Numbered from the stretch's first letter, positions 16,574 to 26,018 are shown. The stretch: 64,000 nucleotides of DNA from Dehalococcoidia bacterium (GCA_009692705.1 SHYR01000001.1:33948-97947); one strand, 5' to 3'. The notes: generated from the letters alone by a model not told the origin. Numbers and translations are program-made.

Positions 16574-17599
16574 CTAGCGCGTCGCCGCCGGGCGCGCGAG
16601 CGTAGCCAGGCGGGTGATCAGCAGATCGAGCGCCGGGCCCTCGTCACGGCGCCCGCTCTTGACCGCGAACTCGGAAGCCTCCAGCTCACGCAGCGCCGCC
16701 TCCGCGGCCGAGCGTGGGATCGCCTGCGCCTGCCGCAGCAGCTTGCCGAGCGGGAAGTCGCTGCGGACGCCGGTCGCTTCCGCGATCGCCCCGGGCTCGG
16801 CTCCCTGCTCGATCAGCTCGGTGGCGCGCACGAGGTGGCGGAACTGGCGCGCGATCATGGACTGGATGCGCGCCGGCGTCTCGCTGCCCTCGTCCAGCAT
16901 GCGCCGCACCGCGAGCAGCGCCGGCGCGGCACGTCCCTCCACGACCGCGTCCACGACGTCGAAGATGCTCTGCTCGCGCGCCTGCGGGGTGAGCAGCCGC
17001 ACATCGTCCGCCGTGACCGCGCGCCCCTCGGCGTAGCGCGCGAGCTTGTCGAGCTCCGCGGCCAGCATCCAGAGATCCGGGCCGACGAGCTCCACCAGCG
17101 CCTCGACGGCGCCGGGCGCGAGTGTGGTCTTGCGTGCCTGCGCCTCGCGCCGCAGCCACGCGGCCACCTCGTTGTCGCGGCCGCCGGCGCGCAGCGGGCG
17201 GAACTCCTGCACATCGGCCCCTGCGACGGCGCGCAGCGCGCGCAGCAGCGGGGAGCGCTCGATGGCGACGCCCTGCTCGCGCGAGGCGAACGGCTCGAGT
17301 AGCACGAGGTGGTTGGTGGGCGGGAGCTGCGGCAGCGCGTCGAGCAGCGGCTGCCACGCGCGCACGGCGGCCTGCCCGCCGCCGGCGGCCGCGAGCAGGC
17401 CCTCGATGACCACCACCCGTGCCGGCGCGAGGAACGGCAGCGCCGCGGCGTGCTGGATCAGCTCCTGCGGGCGCAGGCCGCGCGGTTCGAGCGTGGTGGT
17501 GTTGGTCGCCAGCATGCCGTGGACATCGAGCGAGTCGCACAGCGCGCGGTAGGCGTGCCGCAGGCGGTAGTCGTCGGCGCCGGAGTAGAGGTGTAACAC
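16574..17599 (-). CDS. holA: DNA polymerase III subunit delta
   Basis: Start set at GTG 17599 (VLHLYSGADDYRLRHAYRAL...). The sequence is a HolA-like clamp-loader delta fold (LLTPQAREQSIFDVVDAV...). The upstream part of the track ORF is artefact. Confidence 0.75.
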   Translation of the reverse strand: MLHLYSGADDYRLRHAYRALCDSLDVHGMLATNTTTLEPRGLRPQELIQHAAALPFLAPARVVVIEGLLAAAGGGQAAVRAWQPLLDALPQLPPTNHLVLLEPFASREQGVAIERSPLLRALRAVAGADVQEFRPLRAGGRDNEVAAWLRREAQARKTTLAPGAVEALVELVGPDLWMLAAELDKLARYAEGRAVTADDVRLLTPQAREQSIFDVVDAVVEGRAAPALLAVRRMLDEGSETPARIQSMIARQFRHLVRATELIEQGAEPGAIAEATGVRSDFPLGKLLRQAQAIPRSAAEAALRELEASEFAVKSGRRDEGPALDLLITRLATLARPAATR

Positions 17600-17622
17600 G
17601 GGGCGCCGCCTTCGCTCGCGCG

Positions 17623-17907
17623 TCAGTCGAGGTCGAGCTGCCAGCCGAAGAACGCCGCGAGGGTAGCGAGCAGGAACAGCGCCGCGCCCGGCCAGAGCAG
17701 CGCGGAGAGGAAGCGCGCGCCCCCGCCCCCGCCGACGCCCTCGTAGGCGGCCCACGCCAGCGCCAGCATCAGCCCGGGCAGCGGCAGCCACCACGGCAGC
17801 CAGGGGTCCTCGCCGCCGACGAGCGCGCCGCGCAGCAGCTCGCGCGCGCCGGGCCGCGCTCGCTTGTCCCTGCGCCTGCGTCCGCCGTCGCCCGCCATCC
17901 ACGGCAT
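17623..17907 (-). CDS. possible small membrane protein
   Basis: 94-aa ORF with two hydrophobic segments (PWLPWWLPLPGLMLALAWAAY / LWPGAALFLLATLAAFFGW), located between cofE and holA. No homology recognised. Confidence 0.25.
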   Translation of the reverse strand: MPWMAGDGGRRRRDKRARPGARELLRGALVGGEDPWLPWWLPLPGLMLALAWAAYEGVGGGGGARFLSALLWPGAALFLLATLAAFFGWQLDLD

Positions 17908-17983
17908 CGTACGGCGTGGCGGCGACCCCCGCCACGCGCGGGCGGCAGCACCGGGCGGACGGGCGGGAGCGGCGTGCGGGAAC

Positions 17984-18751
17984 TTAGAGGAAGAGATCCA
18001 GCTCGCGGGCGCGCACCAGCTCCGCGCTCGACCCCTCGCCGCGCTCGAAGCGGTAGCCGCGCACGATCGCGGCGGGCACGGCGTCGACCTTGCCCATCAC
18101 CAGCTCGGCGGCGGCGGCGAGCTCGTCGGCGACGCAGATCGTGGTCACGCGCAGCTCGCGGCCGTCCATGTCGGGCATGCCGATGTATGAGCGCAGCGGG
18201 CGCAGCCCGGCGACGCCGATCGCGACATTGGTGTGGCCCTCGCGCCAGGGGCGGCCGAAGGTATCGGTCATCACCACCCCCAGATCGACGCCCAGCCGCG
18301 CGCGGGCGGCGTCACGGATGCGGCGGCAGGAGGCGTCGGGGTTCAGCGGCAGCAGCGAGACGAGGTCCTGTCCGCCGACGTTCGAGGCGTCGACGCCGGC
18401 GTTGGCGCAGATGTAGCCATGGCGCGTCTGCGTGATCAGCACGCCGCCGACCTGCCGCACCACGCGCGTCGACTCGCGCAGCACCGCCTCCACCAGCCGC
18501 GGGTCCTTCTCCATGCGCTGCGCGAAGTCGCGCGCGAACGGGGAGGGCTCGAAGTTGTCGAGCGGCACCACGCGCCCTTCGGCCTTCGACACCACGCGCT
18601 GCGTCACCACCAGCGCGTCGCCGTCGGCGAGCGGAGTGGCCTGCGCGGCAGCGGCTTCGAGGATCAGCGCGGCGAGGTCGTCGCCGGCCCGCACGAGTGG
18701 GATGCCGGTGATGCCGATCACGCGCAGCTCGGGGTGCGCGGGGTGGGTCAC
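17984..18751 (-). CDS. cofE: coenzyme F420-0:L-glutamate ligase
   Basis: Start set at GTG 18751 (VTHPAHPELRVIGITGIPLVRAGDDLAALI). It closely matches the CofE/FbiB N-domain (VVTQRVVSKAEGR...ANAGVDASNVGG...VVMTDTFGRPWREGHTNVAIGVAGL). The GTG overlaps the npdG stop (GTGA). Confidence 0.85.
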   Translation of the reverse strand: MTHPAHPELRVIGITGIPLVRAGDDLAALILEAAAAQATPLADGDALVVTQRVVSKAEGRVVPLDNFEPSPFARDFAQRMEKDPRLVEAVLRESTRVVRQVGGVLITQTRHGYICANAGVDASNVGGQDLVSLLPLNPDASCRRIRDAARARLGVDLGVVMTDTFGRPWREGHTNVAIGVAGLRPLRSYIGMPDMDGRELRVTTICVADELAAAAELVMGKVDAVPAAIVRGYRFERGEGSSAELVRARELDLFL

Positions 18752-19421
18752 GGCGCGCGCGGCGGCAGGCCCTGGATGCGCACGCCGCTGTGTGCCTGGT
18801 AGCGAGCGTTGATGCCGATCAGCAGCACGGTGATCCCTTCCACGAAGCGCGAGAAGCGCAGCGGGCCGGCGTCCACTGCGCGCACGCCGGCGATCTGCTC
18901 CGCGAGCTCGCAGACCACGCGCTTCGCCTCGGCGTCGGCGCCGGTCACTAGCACGTCGGCGTCGAGGGGAAGCGTGGGGTCGAGCAGTACCTCCGCCGGG
19001 AGGTTGTGGAAGGCGCCGACGACGCGCGAGGTGGGCAGTAGCGCCGCCGCTTGCTCGGTGGCGGAGCCTTCGGCCACTTCGACCGGGCGCGGGCCGCGGT
19101 CGAAGCGTACCGGCACCACGGTGTCGACTACCAGCTTGCCGGCGAGCGCCTCGCGCAGCGCCTCGAGGGTGTCGCGGTGCCCCTCGTAGGGGACGGTGAT
19201 GACGACGAGGTCGGCGGCCGCGACCGCGTCCGCATTCGTCGCGCCGCTGAGCGTCCCGTGGGTGCGCGCGCCGAGGCCGGCCGTGAGCGCCGCCGCCACG
19301 GCGACGCCGCGGCCGGCCTCGCGGCTGCCGATGACCACGCCGTGCCCGGCGAGCGCGAACCGGGTCGCGAGCCCCCGGCCCTCCGGCCCCGTGCCGCCAA
19401 TGAGCGCGATGGTGTGGGTCA
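18748..19421 (-). CDS. npdG: NADPH-dependent F420 reductase
   Basis: Start set at TTG 19421 (MTHTIALIGGTGPEGRGLATRFALAGHGVVIGSREAG) with a GAGGAG RBS 11 nt upstream. It has a Rossmann fold of the F420_oxidored family. The remaining 430 codons of the track ORF are artefact. Confidence 0.7.
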
Positions 19422-19569
19422 ACGCGGGTGAGGCTCCTCGGTCCGTCGCAGGCGGTGGGCCTGCGCCGTGCGGTACGCTGCACGATGGCTCGCGTACTGC
19501 TGCGGGCCGTGAGAGCGTACGCGCGCGCCACGAGGCGTGACAACTCGACGGTGGGAGGGAGCGCGGCGC

Positions 19570-20337
19570 ATGACCACCGTCATCGGCGTGCCCGCCGTGC
19601 GCGTGCGCGGCCTCTCGCACCGCTACCGCGGCGATGGCGGGCCGCTGCTCGCGCTCGCCGGTGTGGAGCTCGAGGTGGGCGCGGGCGAATTCGTGGCACT
19701 GGTCGGCCCGAGCGGCTGCGGGAAGTCGACGCTGCTGCGCGTGGTGGCTGGTTTGCTGGAGGTGTCGGGCGGGGCGGTCGACGTGCTGGCGGGGAGTGCG
19801 ACCGCGGCGCGGGCGGGCCACCGCGTGGGGCTGGTGACCCAGGAGCCGGGACTGCTCCCGTGGCGCACGGTGGCGGGAAACATCGCGCTGCCGCTGGAGG
19901 TGACGGGCGCGCGCGCCGACGTCGATGCGCTGCTGGCGCGCGTGGGGATCGCGGCCTTCGCGCGCTACCACCCGCACGAGCTCTCGGGCGGCATGCGGCA
20001 GCGCGTGGCGCTGGCGCGCGCGCTCGCGCACGGGCCGCGGCTGCTGCTGATGGACGAGCCCTTCGGGTCGCTCGACGAGTTCGCGCGTGAGGCGATGGGG
20101 CGGGAGCTGCTGCGCATCTGGGAGCGCGACCGCGTCTCGGTGCTGTTCGTCACGCACTCGATCCGCGAGGCGGTGCTGCTCGCCGACCGCGTGCTGGTGA
20201 TGAGCGCCGCGCCTGGGCGCATCGTCGCGGAGCTGCCGGTGCACCTGCCGCGGCCGCGTCCGCGCGCGCTGGACGAGACGCCGGAGTTCGCGGCGCTGCT
20301 GCACCGCGTGCGCGAGGCGCTGGGCGGCGCACCGTGA
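19570..20337 (+). CDS. ABC transporter ATP-binding protein (nitrate/sulfonate/taurine NitT-TauT family)
   Basis: Start at ATG 19570 with a GGGAGGGAG RBS. It has Walker A (GPSGCGKST), the ABC signature (LSGGMRQRVALARAL) and Walker B (LLLMDEPFGSLD). Confidence 0.85.
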   Translation: MTTVIGVPAVRVRGLSHRYRGDGGPLLALAGVELEVGAGEFVALVGPSGCGKSTLLRVVAGLLEVSGGAVDVLAGSATAARAGHRVGLVTQEPGLLPWRTVAGNIALPLEVTGARADVDALLARVGIAAFARYHPHELSGGMRQRVALARALAHGPRLLLMDEPFGSLDEFAREAMGRELLRIWERDRVSVLFVTHSIREAVLLADRVLVMSAAPGRIVAELPVHLPRPRPRALDETPEFAALLHRVREALGGAP

Positions 20338-21215
20338 GCGTGCTGGCGGGACGCGAGGCGGCGGGCGGCGCTCCGGAGCCCGGCGACCTGCTGGAGGGCA
20401 CGGAGTGGGTGGCCGCTCCGCCATCCGCGCGCTCGCGGGCGCGGCCGGCGTTCGGCGCGGCGCTGCGGATTGCTGCGCCGCCGCTGCTGGCGGCGGCGCT
20501 GGCGCTGACGCTGTGGGAGGCGTGGGTGCGCGCCTTCGAGGTGCGCGAGTACCTGGTGCCCGCACCGAGCGCCGTGCTGCGCGCGCTCGCGGCGGACCCC
20601 GCCCGCTACCTTGGTGCGGCGCGAGTGACGCTGGCCCACGCGCTCGGTGGACTCGCGGTCGGCGCCGGGTCGGCGTTCCTGCTGGCGGTGGTGATGGCGC
20701 ACTCGCGGCCACTGGAGCGTGCGCTGTACCCGCTGGCGATCCTGGTGAAGGTGACGCCGGTGGTGGCGGTGGCGCCGCTGTTCCTGATCTGGTTCGGCTT
20801 CAACGCCTGGCCGAAGGTGCTGGTGGCGGCGCTGATCACCTTCTTCCCGATGCTGGTGAACGCCGTGACCGGGCTGCGCAGCGTGGAGCCGGCGGCGTTC
20901 GACTTCCTGCGCGCGCTCGACGCGTCGCGCTGGCAGCTGTTCTGGAAGCTGCGCTTGCCGTCCTCGTTGCCGTATGTGCTGGCGGCGCTGCGCATCTCCG
21001 TGCCGCTGGCCGTGATCGGTGCGGTGGTGGCGGAGTGGTTCGCCGCCGACACCGGGGTCGGGCAGATCATCGTGATCGCGAACGGGGAACTGGACACGCC
21101 GACGCTCTTTGCCGCCGTGCTCGTGCTGGCGCTGATCGGCGTGACGCTTACGCTTGCGATTGCCTATATTGAGCACCGCGTGCTGTTCTGGCACGAATCC
21201 TCGACGGGCGTGTAG
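20334..21215 (+). CDS. ABC transporter permease (SsuC/TauC-type)
   Basis: 6 TM segments and an EAA-like loop. GTG start overlaps the ATPase stop (GTGA). Confidence 0.85.
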   Translation: MSVLAGREAAGGAPEPGDLLEGTEWVAAPPSARSRARPAFGAALRIAAPPLLAAALALTLWEAWVRAFEVREYLVPAPSAVLRALAADPARYLGAARVTLAHALGGLAVGAGSAFLLAVVMAHSRPLERALYPLAILVKVTPVVAVAPLFLIWFGFNAWPKVLVAALITFFPMLVNAVTGLRSVEPAAFDFLRALDASRWQLFWKLRLPSSLPYVLAALRISVPLAVIGAVVAEWFAADTGVGQIIVIANGELDTPTLFAAVLVLALIGVTLTLAIAYIEHRVLFWHESSTGV

Positions 21216-21297
21216 CGCCCGCGACTGCGTCGCGGATGCACGCCCGAGCCACCCCGACCGGCGTGCAGCGCCCGCGTGCGTCGCGGATGCACGCCCC
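21207..21297. repeat. two ~40-bp direct repeats separated by 12 bp, each containing a short palindrome (CGCGAC-TGC-GTCGCG)
   Basis: ggcgtgtagcgcccgcgactgcgtcgcggatgcacgcccg at 21207 and ggcgtgcagcgcccgcgtgcgtcgcggatgcacgcccc at 21259. The first copy begins at the permease stop codon. Both lie just upstream of the SBP gene. Confidence 0.55.
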
Positions 21298-21317
21298 GGA
21301 CCCGACGGAGCCGCCCC

Positions 21318-22364
21318 ATGTCTCGTCTGCGTGCCCTCGCGCCCCTCGGCGCGCTTCTGCTTGCGCTGCTGCTCGCCGCCTGCGGCGGTGACGGTGCTCC
21401 CGCCGCCGCGCCCGCCTCGCTGGCCGCGTCGACCGCGTCGCGTGCCCCGGAGCGCGTCACGTTCATGGCGGGGTTTACGCCGCAGGCGAACCTGCCGTTC
21501 GTCGGGGTCTACGTCGCCGTCGCGAAGGGCTACTTCGCCGAGCAGGGCCTCGAGGTGGAGGTGCGGCATTCGAGCGGGCAGGACGAGCACCTCAAGCTGC
21601 TGCTCGCGCAGGGGATTGACTTCACCACCGGCACCGCGGCCCAGGTGCTGCGCCGGCGCGCGGATGTGGTGCCGGTGGTGGCGGTGGCGCTGTTCGGACA
21701 GCGCGGCGACCAGGGCTACGTCGCGCGCGCGGACTCCGGCATCAAGGGGCCCGCCGATTTCCGCGGGCGCAGCGTGGGCTTCAAGGCCGGGGTCGTTCCC
21801 GCCGAGCTGAAAGCGATGCTCGCGAGCGCAGGCCTCGCGGAGAGCGACGTGAAGTTGCAGGCGGTGGGCTTCGACCCGCGGGTCTTTATCGAGAAGCAAG
21901 TGGATGTCTACCCGGTGTTCCTGAACAACGAGCCCGACACGATCCGGCGCGTCGGCGTGCCGATCACGGTGATCGATCCGGCCGACTTCGGCGTGCTCAC
22001 GCTCGGCCTGACGTTCCTCGCGCACGAGGACACCGTGAAGCAGCGGCCGCAGACGGTGGAGCGCTTCCTGCGCGCCTCGCTGCGCGGCGTGCAGTATGCC
22101 TCAGAGCACGTCGACGAGGCGGTGCAGATCACGCTGCAGTACGCGAAGGGCGCTGACGCCGAGCACCAGAAGTTCCTGCTCGAGACCGAGATCGCGGGCG
22201 CGAAGCGCGCGGGCGGGGTGGGGCGCTCGGACGCGGCGCAGTGGCAGTCGCTGGAGCAGCTGCTGCGGAAGTTCGGCGTGCTGGAGGCCGGCAAGAGCGT
22301 GGCCGGGGCCTACGACGGGTCCTTCGTCGACCGACTGTACGACGCGCAGGGGAAGCTGAAGTGA
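21318..22364 (+). CDS. ABC transporter substrate-binding lipoprotein (NMT1/SsuA/TauA-like)
   Basis: Start at ATG 21318 (MSRLRALAPLGALLLALLLAACGG lipobox). It has a periplasmic-binding fold of the NMT1/THI5 type. Confidence 0.8.
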   Translation: MSRLRALAPLGALLLALLLAACGGDGAPAAAPASLAASTASRAPERVTFMAGFTPQANLPFVGVYVAVAKGYFAEQGLEVEVRHSSGQDEHLKLLLAQGIDFTTGTAAQVLRRRADVVPVVAVALFGQRGDQGYVARADSGIKGPADFRGRSVGFKAGVVPAELKAMLASAGLAESDVKLQAVGFDPRVFIEKQVDVYPVFLNNEPDTIRRVGVPITVIDPADFGVLTLGLTFLAHEDTVKQRPQTVERFLRASLRGVQYASEHVDEAVQITLQYAKGADAEHQKFLLETEIAGAKRAGGVGRSDAAQWQSLEQLLRKFGVLEAGKSVAGAYDGSFVDRLYDAQGKLK

Positions 22365-22380
22365 GCGCAGGCGGCGGCCG

Positions 22381-24048
22381 CTAGAAGAGCTGGACGCCGT
22401 TCGCGCCGCGGCTCACCGGCTTGGGCTGGCCCGGGCTGTCGAAGTAGATCTCGAACTCCCAGAAGCCGGCCCCGACCGGGTCGTCGGGGGAGTAGCCAAC
22501 CCACCAGCGGCCGCTGTCGCCGCCGCTCCACGGCACCACCGGCGACTGGTATTCGACGCGGCCGTTGCGGAACACGATCCAGCGCATCTGCGAGGTGCCC
22601 CCGGCGTCGCGGTAGTCGAAGAACGCCAGCAGTTGCCGCGCGGAGCCGCTGGCCGGGACCGGTTGGCCGCCCGCCGGCGCGGCGGCGGAGGCGAAGCTGA
22701 AGCCGCTCATGCGCGGCTCCGTCGATGGCGGCGCGCCCACGATCGCGGCGGCGCCGGCGCGCACCGCGCCGCCGATACGGACCTCGAGGCGCCAGACGCC
22801 CAGTGGCATGCCGCGCGGGTTCGGCGCGGTCAGGTGATCCGCCACGAGGCCGAACGATCCGCCGTTCCAGTTGTAGGAGGACGAGAAGCCGTCCTGCAGC
22901 ACATCCTGCAGGTACCAGCGCTCCTCCACCAGCGTGCCGTTCGGCACCGCCTGGAGCGCGTACTCGTAGTAGATCGCCGGTGGCGGCTGCGAGAACAGGC
23001 GCGTGTAGTCGAAGAGGCCGAGCTGGCCCTCGTCCACGACGGCGTTCTGAGCGAACGCCGGCTGGCCGATCACGATCCCGTCGGTCGGCGTGCCGCCGGC
23101 GGTGCCGGGCAGCAGCGGCGAGTGCTGGAGCGGCGCCACGTAGCGCGCCTCCGCTCCCGCCCGGCGCGCGCGCTCGATCAGGTCGCTCGCGAGCGTGAGC
23201 GGCCGCAGCTCGCCCACCACGGCGCGGGCGTCGTAGCGCAGCTGCGTGACGATGCCGATCAGCGCGCCGGTGACGTCGAACGCCGGCCCGCCGCCGATCG
23301 CGGCCGGCAGGCGCGCGTCCGTCTTGATCCACGCGCGGCCGCTGACACGGGCGTTGCCGCGGAACCCGGTGACGACGGCGGTCGTGGAGCTGACCGCGGA
23401 CGGGCGCGCCGGGTCCGGGACGGAGTAGCCGAGCAGCCGGATCGCGTCGCCGCGCTTGATCGCGTCGGCGTTGCCGAGCGTGGCGGCGCTGATCGTGAAC
23501 GCGCCGGGATCGAGCGCACCGCCGCGGTAGGTGCGCACGGCGCGCAGCACGGCGAGGTCGAGCGTGGGGTCGGCGCTCACGATCTCGGCCTCGAAGCGCG
23601 GCTCGGGCGCTGCACCGGCGGTCGCCGCCACCGCCACCGCGATCGTGGCGTACGCGCGCGTGCCGTCTGCCCGGTACGGATCGACGAGCGCGTAGCTCGT
23701 GAGCAGCAGCCGCTGCGCGCGGTCCACGACGACCGCGGATCCGACGCGCACCGGCGCGGGCTGCCCCGCGGCGGTTTCGAGCAACTGGAGCTGCACCACG
23801 GGAGCGGAGAGCTGCGCCAGCGGGAGCGCGTCGGCGCGCGCGCGTTGGTCGGCGCCGGGGACGCCGACGCCGCTGGGGGGGAGGATCGGCGGCGCGACAA
23901 TCGGGGTCGGGGTGGCGGAGGCGTCGAGCGGGGTGGGGGTGACCTGGTCGCGGCGGATGAACGTGCTCGCGCGGTCGCAGGCGGTGAAGAGCACCGCCAG
24001 CAGCAGCAGGGTCGCCAGGGCCGCCGGGGCCGTGCGGGTTGCGCGCAT
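22381..24048 (-). CDS. lipoprotein with catalytically dead trypsin-like (S1) domain plus C-terminal domain of unknown function
   Basis: Lipobox LLLAVLFTACD. The trypsin-like core aligns to the neighbouring HtrA but with catalytic His replaced by Ala (LLLTSYALVD vs ILTNYHVVEG) and Ser replaced by Gly (AAIGGGPAFD vs NPGNSGGPLF). Asp is retained (DLAVL). Confidence 0.7.
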   Translation of the reverse strand: MRATRTAPAALATLLLLAVLFTACDRASTFIRRDQVTPTPLDASATPTPIVAPPILPPSGVGVPGADQRARADALPLAQLSAPVVQLQLLETAAGQPAPVRVGSAVVVDRAQRLLLTSYALVDPYRADGTRAYATIAVAVAATAGAAPEPRFEAEIVSADPTLDLAVLRAVRTYRGGALDPGAFTISAATLGNADAIKRGDAIRLLGYSVPDPARPSAVSSTTAVVTGFRGNARVSGRAWIKTDARLPAAIGGGPAFDVTGALIGIVTQLRYDARAVVGELRPLTLASDLIERARRAGAEARYVAPLQHSPLLPGTAGGTPTDGIVIGQPAFAQNAVVDEGQLGLFDYTRLFSQPPPAIYYEYALQAVPNGTLVEERWYLQDVLQDGFSSSYNWNGGSFGLVADHLTAPNPRGMPLGVWRLEVRIGGAVRAGAAAIVGAPPSTEPRMSGFSFASAAAPAGGQPVPASGSARQLLAFFDYRDAGGTSQMRWIVFRNGRVEYQSPVVPWSGGDSGRWWVGYSPDDPVGAGFWEFEIYFDSPGQPKPVSRGANGVQLF

Positions 24049-24215
24049 GGGGCGTCACGGTAGCGCGCCGCCCACGTCCGGGCCAGCGCGGGCCAGCGTA
24101 CACTTCGTGGTGAGGGGTCTCAGGGGACCGCGTTAGCACCCGTTTCACACTCACCACACGTTGCGATCACGCGCGTCTGCCACGATCGGGGTGCGCAGGC
24201 GTGGGAGGTGCTCGA

Positions 24216-25400
24216 ATGTCGCGAAACGCGTGGGTCCGGCTGCTGGCTCAGGCAGTGCTGCTGGTCGCGGCGGCGGCGCTCGGCGGCGTGCTGGCGGTGA
24301 GTCTCGGCGGCGGTGGTGGCGGCGGCGGCGGTGGCGCGGTGCCAACGGCGACGCTCGGCGAGCGGGCGCCGCAGACGCAGGCCGTGAGCGGAACGCTCCC
24401 CCAGCCGGCGGAAGCGGGGGCCGCCGCCGCCACGTCGCCGTCGCTCGCGGACGTGGTCGCCGACGTGCGCCGCTCGGTGGTGGTGATCACGGCGGTCAGC
24501 TCCGCCTCCCACGGCCGGGGCGGCGAGGGCACCGGCCTGGTCGTGGACCAGCATGGACACATCCTCACGAACTACCACGTCGTGGAGGGCGCAGATGACC
24601 TGATGGTGCGCTTCTACGACGGCACCACGGCGGTCGCGCGCCTGCTCGGCGCGGATCAGGACAACGACCTCGCGGTCCTACAGGTCTTGCTGCAGCCGCA
24701 GCAGCTGGTGCCGGTGCGCTTCGCGGACTCGAGCGCCGTGCGCGAGGGCGACAGTGTGTTCGCGATCGGTAACCCGTTCTCGTTCGGCTTCACGGTCACC
24801 CGGGGGATCGTCAGCGGGCTGGGGCGCGAGTCCAGCTCGAACTCGTCTGGGCGCGCGATCCGGGGCGTGATCCAGACGGACGCGGCGGTGAACCCCGGCA
24901 ACTCCGGCGGGCCGCTGTTCAACCTGCGGGGCGAGGTGGTGGGCGTCAACAACGCGATCCACAACCCGACCGGGCAGCGTGTCTGGGTGGGCGTGGGCTT
25001 CGCGATCCCCTCGAACACGGCGCAGCGCTACCTGCCGGACATGATCGCCGGGCGCGAGATCCGGCACCCGCAGCTCGGCCTGTCCGGGCTCACGCTGGAC
25101 GATGTGAACGCGCCGAAGGCGGGCTTGAGCGTGACCCGCGGCGCCTACGTGACGGCCGTGGTCGCTGGCAGCGCGGCCGAGCGTGCGGGCCTGCGTGCGG
25201 CCGCCGGCACGGCCGCGGCCGGCTCGCTGCCGCCGAGTGGGGACGTGGTGGTGAGCGTGAACGGTACGGCGGTGACGAGCATGCAGCAGCTTGCGCGGCT
25301 GATCGACGAGCACAACATCGGCGACCAGGTGACGTTGGCCGTGGTGCGTGGCGGCCAGCGGCTGTCACTGACCGCCACGCTGCTGGAGTGGCGCCGCTAG
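24216..25400 (+). CDS. htrA: HtrA/DegP-family serine protease (trypsin domain + PDZ), membrane-anchored
   Basis: ATG at 24216 has a GGGAGGTG RBS 5 nt upstream. It has an N-terminal TM segment, an intact catalytic triad (HILTNYHVV, DLAVL, GNSGGPL) and a C-terminal PDZ. Confidence 0.9.
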   Translation: MSRNAWVRLLAQAVLLVAAAALGGVLAVSLGGGGGGGGGGAVPTATLGERAPQTQAVSGTLPQPAEAGAAAATSPSLADVVADVRRSVVVITAVSSASHGRGGEGTGLVVDQHGHILTNYHVVEGADDLMVRFYDGTTAVARLLGADQDNDLAVLQVLLQPQQLVPVRFADSSAVREGDSVFAIGNPFSFGFTVTRGIVSGLGRESSSNSSGRAIRGVIQTDAAVNPGNSGGPLFNLRGEVVGVNNAIHNPTGQRVWVGVGFAIPSNTAQRYLPDMIAGREIRHPQLGLSGLTLDDVNAPKAGLSVTRGAYVTAVVAGSAAERAGLRAAAGTAAAGSLPPSGDVVVSVNGTAVTSMQQLARLIDEHNIGDQVTLAVVRGGQRLSLTATLLEWRR

Positions 25401-25422
25401 TCGCGCGGCGCGGGGGCGGCGA

Positions 25423-26010
25423 CTAACCGCCTGGTAGCCCGCCGGTGCCCTCGCCAGCTTCGCCGGGCGGCAGTTCGAGCGCGCGCCCGGCGACCAGCAG
25501 CCACGCCTGCGCCGCGCGCGCAGCGGCGCGCTGGTTCGCGCGCCCGAGCAGGTCGCGGTACGCGCGGCCGAGCGGCGCCGGCGGCACCACGCCCGCGCCG
25601 ACCTCGTTGGTGACGATGATCGTGGGCGCGTCGCGCCCCGCGGCGGCGTCTAGCAGCGCGTCGAGCTCGCGCTCGAGCTCGCCCTCGAGCGCGGCGAGCG
25701 CGGCGGCCGCGGGCGTCTCGCCCAGCGCGAGCAGGCGGTTGGAGACCCACAGCGAGAGACAGTCCAGCAGCACGCAGTCGCCGGCCTCCGCTTGCGCGAG
25801 CGCGCGTGCCGGCTGCAGCGGCGCCTCGACGGTGCGCCACGCCCGCGGCCGCTGTGCGCGGTGGCGCGAGATGCGCTCGCGCATCTCGTCGTCGAGCCCC
25901 TCCAGTGTCGCGACGTAGAGTACGGGGCGGCCGGTGCGCTCCGCGAGGCGCTCCGCGAAGCGGCTCTTGCCGCTGCGCGCGCCGCCGGTGACGAACCACA
26001 GCTCGCCCAC
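25423..26010 (-). CDS. cobU: adenosylcobinamide kinase / adenosylcobinamide-phosphate guanylyltransferase
   Basis: P-loop FVTGGARSGKS and CobU/CobP family. Start set at the GTG 8 nt after the cobQ stop. The upstream part of the track ORF is antisense to cobQ. Confidence 0.8.
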   Translation of the reverse strand: MGELWFVTGGARSGKSRFAERLAERTGRPVLYVATLEGLDDEMRERISRHRAQRPRAWRTVEAPLQPARALAQAEAGDCVLLDCLSLWVSNRLLALGETPAAAALAALEGELERELDALLDAAAGRDAPTIIVTNEVGAGVVPPAPLGRAYRDLLGRANQRAAARAAQAWLLVAGRALELPPGEAGEGTGGLPGG

Positions 26011-26018
26011 CGTGTCGC

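Noticed and set aside
16574-17935. 453-aa track ORF for holA; 25423..26877 for cobU; 10252..12039 for FAH; 14919..15806 for PIG-L; 13714..14709 for the Ala-rich protein
   Set aside because: In each case the track's start is too far upstream. Homology and RBS position indicate shorter genes starting at 17599, 26010, 11007, 15671 and 14295 respectively.
18748-20712. 654-aa minus-strand ORF
   Set aside because: Only the C-terminal 224 aa (NpdG) look protein-like and have an RBS and TTG start. The upstream part is antisense to the ABC ATPase gene.
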